A stretch of 64,000 nt of DNA from Pseudomonadota bacterium. GTDB lineage: Bacteria > Desulfobacterota > Desulfobacteria > Desulfobacterales > JAFDDL01. A program made the translations under genes and the position numbers. Below, one piece after another: positions 59,579 through 64,000 of this stretch. The notes under the pieces were generated by a model, which did not search any database, was not told the origin of the DNA, and saw only the letters and a program-made list of their open reading frames with translations. The stretch spans positions 7,228-71,227 of the forward strand of contig JAZDPP010000187.1 in assembly GCA_043797445.1 (NCBI GenBank), given 5' to 3'. Positions within the stretch are counted from its first letter, which is position 1, and every line of letters starts with the position of its first letter.

Positions 59579-60053
59579 ATCCGCCTGCCATTTTTTTCGA
59601 ACCCTGCGCCTCTACAGGTTCTTTTTCTTGAAAAATAAGATGCTTATGAGAGTAAGGGCTGTTGTGAAGGACCAATTGGACAGCCTCGCCGTTTCGGGTG
59701 TTGATGATGAGGGGTCCTAATAGATTGGCGGTTATTTTTTCGGGCACACCGGCCGTCGTGTTAACGATGACATATATCTTTATGTGATCGCGATCATCCG
59801 GCAACCACCGCATCTCCTTAATTGCCTGATCCAGATTGACTTCGTAATCCGCATTGAAGAGAAAAGGGTTCATAATATAAAAGGACAGCGCTTTGTCGTC
59901 CACGCATTGATACACATAAAACGGCCACGTCTCTTCCCGTTCAATAATCAAAAACCGTTTGCACCCCAAAAACCCGGGCATGCCGGCCGGCATGGAGATA
60001 ATTTTTTCTTCCCTGATTTCCGCCACTGGAACCTGTTCGGTCGTTATTTCCAC
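59577..60053 (-). CDS. fliW: Flagellar assembly factor FliW (CsrA antagonist)
   Basis: MPGFLGCKRFLI...PFYVYQCVDDKALSFYIMNPFLFNADYEV...ITANLLGPLIINTRNGEAVQLVL. Confidence 0.9.
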   Translation of the reverse strand: MEITTEQVPVAEIREEKIISMPAGMPGFLGCKRFLIIEREETWPFYVYQCVDDKALSFYIMNPFLFNADYEVNLDQAIKEMRWLPDDRDHIKIYVIVNTTAGVPEKITANLLGPLIINTRNGEAVQLVLHNSPYSHKHLIFQEKEPVEAQGSKKMAGG

Positions 60054-60136
60054 GTATTACCTCTTAGAAGCAGATAGAAGCTGAAAGTTTATTATTCTTA
60101 AGATATTCGGCGCGATGTTACAAAATTTCAGCCGGA

Positions 60137-60376
60137 TTAAACTTTCGTCCGACGCCAGGCTTCCGCTGCCTTTTGAATATCAGTCACATCCCCGGCTTTC
60201 GAGGAAGAAAGGTTTTCTTCCCGGATCCGTTCATAGACTTCATATCGAAAAATCGACACCGTCTCGGGCGCTTCAATTCCCAGCTTCACGCTACCGCGGT
60301 TAACCTCAACCACCTGAACGACCGTGTTGTCTCCGATAAGAATCCGTTCCCCGACCTTCCTGGTCAATACAAGCAT
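60137..60376 (-). CDS. csrA: Carbon storage regulator CsrA (flagellar type)
   Basis: MLVLTRKVGERILIGDNTVVQVVEVNRGSVKLGIEAPETVSIFRYEVYERI. Confidence 0.95.
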   Translation of the reverse strand: MLVLTRKVGERILIGDNTVVQVVEVNRGSVKLGIEAPETVSIFRYEVYERIREENLSSSKAGDVTDIQKAAEAWRRTKV

Positions 60377-60432
60377 ATGCCCTCCCTGGCATCCTTTTAG
60401 AGACTATGAAAATACCATTATACCGTTTATCC

Positions 60433-60549
60433 TGCTCTTGCTCTTGCTCTTAATCTTGCTCTTGACCCATTAGACATGAGAATGATTAAGAGCAAGAGCA
60501 AGAGCAAGAGCAAGAGCAAGAGCAAGAGCAAGAGCAAGAGCAAGAGCAA
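60433..60549. repeat. Inverted pair of hexamer tandem arrays: (TGCTCT)x5 (one degenerate) facing (GAGCAA)x10
   Basis: Read directly from the sequence. The arms can pair over about 23 bp around a ~29-nt loop, in the flgL-csrA intergenic region. Confidence 0.9.
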
Positions 60550-60625
60550 GAAGAATGCCATTGCCGGTATTTTAGCAAATTCGATCTCCCTTATTACAGG
60601 CTTGAATATTCAACCTTGAGTTTTT

Positions 60626-61885
60626 CTACATATAATCGATCAGGCTCAACTTCATTATTTTAGCCGTGGACGAAAGCGATGCCGTGTAAGCGCTTTCTCT
60701 TGATGCCAACGTGCTGATGGCCGAAACGATGTCCACATCCTCAATGCCGGACTTCTGCGTATTGTAGCTGAGATTCAACTCTTGGATCGTGCTGATTTTA
60801 AGCTCCAGGGATACGCCTTTATAGCCAATCCGGGCGACAGCGTCATTCATGTTTTCAAACTGGGTGTTCAACCGGGACATGGATCTTTCAATCCCGCCGG
60901 AATCGTCGGCGTTCAAATATTGTTTCAAATCGATCAACGTTTTAAAGATTCCCCAGTCAACAGACTGGTCACTTGAAAGGGAGTTGCCCTGAATGTCGGC
61001 GGAGGTAAAACCGATGTCGGGCGCTATGCTCTGATCCGCATTGGTACCGCTATCCCAAAGCAATTCCACGGCAGTTCCATTATGCTGGATTGAATATGCT
61101 TTGGTTGCGGAGTCATAGGTGACCGTATAGGTAAGACTGTTCGGCGAAGGAGACGCCGAAGCAGAGGCACCGGTCATGACAGCGCCGATGGCGGTTGCCA
61201 ATTCATCCCGCGTATAGCTGCCGGGGGGAATCGTCGCCGTTAATTCAGCCCCTAGACCATCGCCACTACCGTCATCATCCCTGAAGTCGATTTTATTGTT
61301 GGTGTCGTCGATAGTTAAGATTTGGCTGTTAAAAACAGCCTCGCCGGAATAGCCGACAGCCATGCTGGTATCCTTGCCGGTTTTAAGGGTAAACGCGCCC
61401 TCATTACCCGAATAGATAGCGGTAGTGGGATTTGTCGCGTCATCAAAGGCATAGGGTTTGGTGTCTAACTTTGTGCCACTGAAGATGTACTGGCCGCTGA
61501 CGCGGGTATTGGCAAGATCCAGCAGTTGCCCCAGCATTTCATCGACCTGCACGGCGGCATTGGCACGCTCGGCGCTGGAGAGCGAAGCGTTGTTCATGGA
61601 AATGGAGAGAACCTTGGCCTCATCCACGATATCCGTGACCGAACTCAGCGCCGTTTCGGCCCCGTTCAGCCACGTATTGGCCATGGCGATATTCCCCGAC
61701 ATCTGGTCCAAATTGGACAAGCTGGAGCGCAAATCGAGAACCCGGCTGAGCCCCACCGGATCATCTGAAAGCGTATTGATCCTTTTGCCGCTGGAAACTT
61801 CCCCATTGGCTTTCTGAAACTCTCCCAGCAAATCGGCAAGCCGGGTTTGAGACGCCTGGTAGAGCGTTGTGTGCGTTATTCTCAT
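60626..61885 (-). CDS. flgL: Flagellar hook-filament junction protein FlgL (HAP3)
   Basis: MRITHTTLYQASQTRLADL...SSGKRINTLSDDPVG N-terminus and a flagellin-like C-terminus. Downstream of flgK. Confidence 0.88.
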   Translation of the reverse strand: MRITHTTLYQASQTRLADLLGEFQKANGEVSSGKRINTLSDDPVGLSRVLDLRSSLSNLDQMSGNIAMANTWLNGAETALSSVTDIVDEAKVLSISMNNASLSSAERANAAVQVDEMLGQLLDLANTRVSGQYIFSGTKLDTKPYAFDDATNPTTAIYSGNEGAFTLKTGKDTSMAVGYSGEAVFNSQILTIDDTNNKIDFRDDDGSGDGLGAELTATIPPGSYTRDELATAIGAVMTGASASASPSPNSLTYTVTYDSATKAYSIQHNGTAVELLWDSGTNADQSIAPDIGFTSADIQGNSLSSDQSVDWGIFKTLIDLKQYLNADDSGGIERSMSRLNTQFENMNDAVARIGYKGVSLELKISTIQELNLSYNTQKSGIEDVDIVSAISTLASRESAYTASLSSTAKIMKLSLIDYM

Positions 61886-61922
61886 GGTAAACCCCTCTGT
61901 TGCGTTTTTCCGGTTCCGGCCG

Positions 61923-64000
61923 CTACTTCATGGCCAGTAACGTCTCCATCATTTCATCGGCCACGGTCAGGAGCTTTGAGGCAACCGCAAATCCATGCTG
62001 ATATTTCATCATGTTAATCATCTCTTCATCCAGGTTTACCCCGGATATGCTGTTGCGCTGGTCCGTAATCATTCCCATGGTGGTTTGATTGAACTCGGCG
62101 TTTCGGTTGATGCTTGCCGCTTTAATTCCCATGGAGCCGATCATACCCTGATAATACCCTTCCGCGGTAAGACTGGTGACTTCGGACCTGTCACCGTAGC
62201 GACGATCATAGCTCCATTGAGAAAACTCACTGGATTCATATTGAATATCGGCAATGGCGATGGCATTTCGGGTATCGCCGACGCCATACGTCCCGGTGGT
62301 TCCATCAATGCGGGCGGCGGCTATATAGTCGTTATCCTGGAGCACGCTGTTAACTTCGATATCCTCGGCGCTGCCGCCTGAAAAAAAAGTATTAAACCCC
62401 AGCGCGGCGGCCACGCCCGAATCCTGAACCTGATCGTCGGAAAAAGCGAATTCATATCCGGAAAGAGGGGTGAATTTCAATTCGTTATCGGACGTCACCG
62501 ACGCCACTACCCCGGGCACGGCAACAGCAGCGCTGTTAAAAGCCGCTGCAAAAGATGAAAGCGTCCAATGCCATTCAGACGGCAGCTGCAAAGTGGGTGT
62601 CCCGCTTGCATCGCTCACCACAGTGAATGTATCCCCGGCGAACACCGTACCGGAAGCAAAATCGAGGGTCATGCCATCAACCTCAACCGTCAAGGGACTC
62701 GCCGTCGGATCCAGGGTAATAACGCCCTCCTTGGCGCCGTTGGACCACTCAATTTCGATGGAATCGGTTCCGACAACGCCCCCGGTTTTGGCTGTAAACA
62801 CGTAGGTATCCAGAGAACTGTCGGCACTTCCCGTGACGCTGTTCAATTTCAGAGAGTCTTCGTTTCCGGCGACATCGGTGTTGATCGCAAAGGTATTGCC
62901 TTCATTCAAGGCGCCCGCGCTGATATTAAAAGCCAAACCGTCGACGGGAACAGACAGCGTGTCTACATCCGTTACCGTTGTCGTTCCCGTCAACCCGGTC
63001 GCCGAACCATCCGGGTTGAATTTCTCCCAGGAGAGCACCGGATCCACTCCCGCCGGCCCCACCACTCCGCCCGTGGTGACCGTCACCTTGTATTGAAAAG
63101 ACCCCGGCGCCCCACCTCCCCACCCATCCACCGTGACATCGGCGACATCCATGTCAACGGAAATATCTGAAAGCGTTGCGGGATCAACAAGCGTGTTTTT
63201 AATCCACATTTTAAAATCACCCGAATAATCGATGCGATCTCCAAAATCAAGGGTGTCAAACAGCTCGCTTGAATTGGTTTGATAGGCCCCGGTTACCGGG
63301 TCTGAAAAAAAGCCAAGACCCACGCCCTGGCTGTGCTGTAAATTAACCGACCAGATAACGCCTTCGGCCAGCGCATCCAGATCCTGATTGAATTGGGGAA
63401 TGATTTCATCACGTAATTCAAGCCACCCGCCGATTTTTCCGCCCTTTATCCGATCGGTAATATCAACGCCGATGTCGTGAGAATTGACCCAGTTCACTTT
63501 TCCTGAACGCGTGTCAAGTTGAAAGGTCTCCCCAGCCGATACCAGCACATGTCCGGTGCCGGTGGCGACGGTTAAAGACCCATTGGGTTGTTCATAGGCT
63601 TGCAAATCGATCAACTCAGCCAACTGAGTCACGAGCGCATTTCGCTTGTCCAGTTGATCGTTGGGATTGCCGGTTACCGAACTGCCGATAATATCGAGGT
63701 TGAGCGCTGCAATCTGCTCCGTGAGGGTATTGATGGTATCAACGCCCGCCAGAATTTCCTGATCCAAATCAATCTGAATCTGACGCATATTTTCGCTCAG
63801 CGATTGAAACTGTTCCGCCATTTGCTCACCGGCGTCATAAACTCCGAGCCGTTCCGAAACTCCGGCCGGCATGTTGGACAACTCGCTCCACCCGTTCCAG
63901 AAAGCGCTGAGGCGACTGCTCAGGCTGGTCTCGGAATTCTCATTAAACAGGTTCTCCAGAATGGACATGTAGGATTGCGCCTCTTCATACCGGGCGAGTG
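61923..64000 (-). CDS. flgK: Flagellar hook-associated protein FlgK (HAP1); N-terminus lies beyond the window end
   Basis: C-terminal SGVNLDEEMINMMKYQHGFAVASKLLTVADEMMETLL. The frame stays open upstream of the first ATG (63968) to nt 64000. Confidence 0.88.
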   Translation of the reverse strand, partial: LARYEEAQSYMSILENLFNENSETSLSSRLSAFWNGWSELSNMPAGVSERLGVYDAGEQMAEQFQSLSENMRQIQIDLDQEILAGVDTINTLTEQIAALNLDIIGSSVTGNPNDQLDKRNALVTQLAELIDLQAYEQPNGSLTVATGTGHVLVSAGETFQLDTRSGKVNWVNSHDIGVDITDRIKGGKIGGWLELRDEIIPQFNQDLDALAEGVIWSVNLQHSQGVGLGFFSDPVTGAYQTNSSELFDTLDFGDRIDYSGDFKMWIKNTLVDPATLSDISVDMDVADVTVDGWGGGAPGSFQYKVTVTTGGVVGPAGVDPVLSWEKFNPDGSATGLTGTTTVTDVDTLSVPVDGLAFNISAGALNEGNTFAINTDVAGNEDSLKLNSVTGSADSSLDTYVFTAKTGGVVGTDSIEIEWSNGAKEGVITLDPTASPLTVEVDGMTLDFASGTVFAGDTFTVVSDASGTPTLQLPSEWHWTLSSFAAAFNSAAVAVPGVVASVTSDNELKFTPLSGYEFAFSDDQVQDSGVAAALGFNTFFSGGSAEDIEVNSVLQDNDYIAAARIDGTTGTYGVGDTRNAIAIADIQYESSEFSQWSYDRRYGDRSEVTSLTAEGYYQGMIGSMGIKAASINRNAEFNQTTMGMITDQRNSISGVNLDEEMINMMKYQHGFAVASKLLTVADEMMETLLAMK

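Noticed and set aside
1-64000. tRNA, rRNA, transposase, integrase or prophage genes
   Set aside because: None was recognised by eye in any intergenic region or ORF. A covariance-model scan (tRNAscan/Infernal) would be needed to exclude small RNAs.

Overview
This looks like a chromosomal segment from a flagellated Gram-negative bacterium. Gene content (csrA-fliW, PEGA kinase, MopE-type repeats) suggests Desulfobacterota or Myxococcota, at low confidence. All calls rest on by-eye motif recognition and the ORF track; no searches or statistics were run.

Layout of the window:
- 1-20.7 kb: a near-complete type VI secretion (T6SS) locus: tssM (5' truncated), tagF, tagJ, tssA, tssB, tssC, hcp, tssE, tssF, tssG, clpV, a TPR-methyltransferase, an extra fused TssB-TssC-like sheath paralog, vgrG, a DUF4123 adaptor and a DUF4280 PAAR-like tip. 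No recognisable toxin/immunity pair is present.
- 20.7-25.1 kb: a threonine-phosphorylation module: a double-FHA protein, a PP2C phosphatase, a trypsin-like protease and a PEGA-domain Ser/Thr kinase.
- 25.1-34.1 kb: an uncharacterised envelope cluster. It has three CsgG/LpoB-like domain proteins (one with a Cys-less thioredoxin fold, one with 10 MopE/TSP3-type Cys-rich repeats), an outer-membrane beta-barrel, a small ABM (antibiotic-biosynthesis-monooxygenase fold) protein and a motB-motA pair.
- 34.4-40.3 kb: an accessory islet with AAA/PD-(D/E)XK, mazEF, AAA_14/DUF4143, hipB plus a decayed hipA, and MNT-HEPN (minimal nucleotidyltransferase / HEPN pair).
- 40.9-54.1 kb: a visibly AT-richer island for a CDP-activated, heavily tailored sugar, ending in a TPR-GT41-FkbM protein.
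- 54.1-64 kb: late flagellar genes fliC, fliD, fliS, flaG, fliW, csrA, flgL and flgK (5' truncated), with sigma-28-like promoters and CsrA sites.

Short heptamer/hexamer tandem arrays occupy four intergenic sites. The strongest novelty candidates are the truncated TssB-TssC fusion paralog with its coupled methyltransferase, the CsgG-like/MopE envelope cluster, and the flagellin-glycan island.
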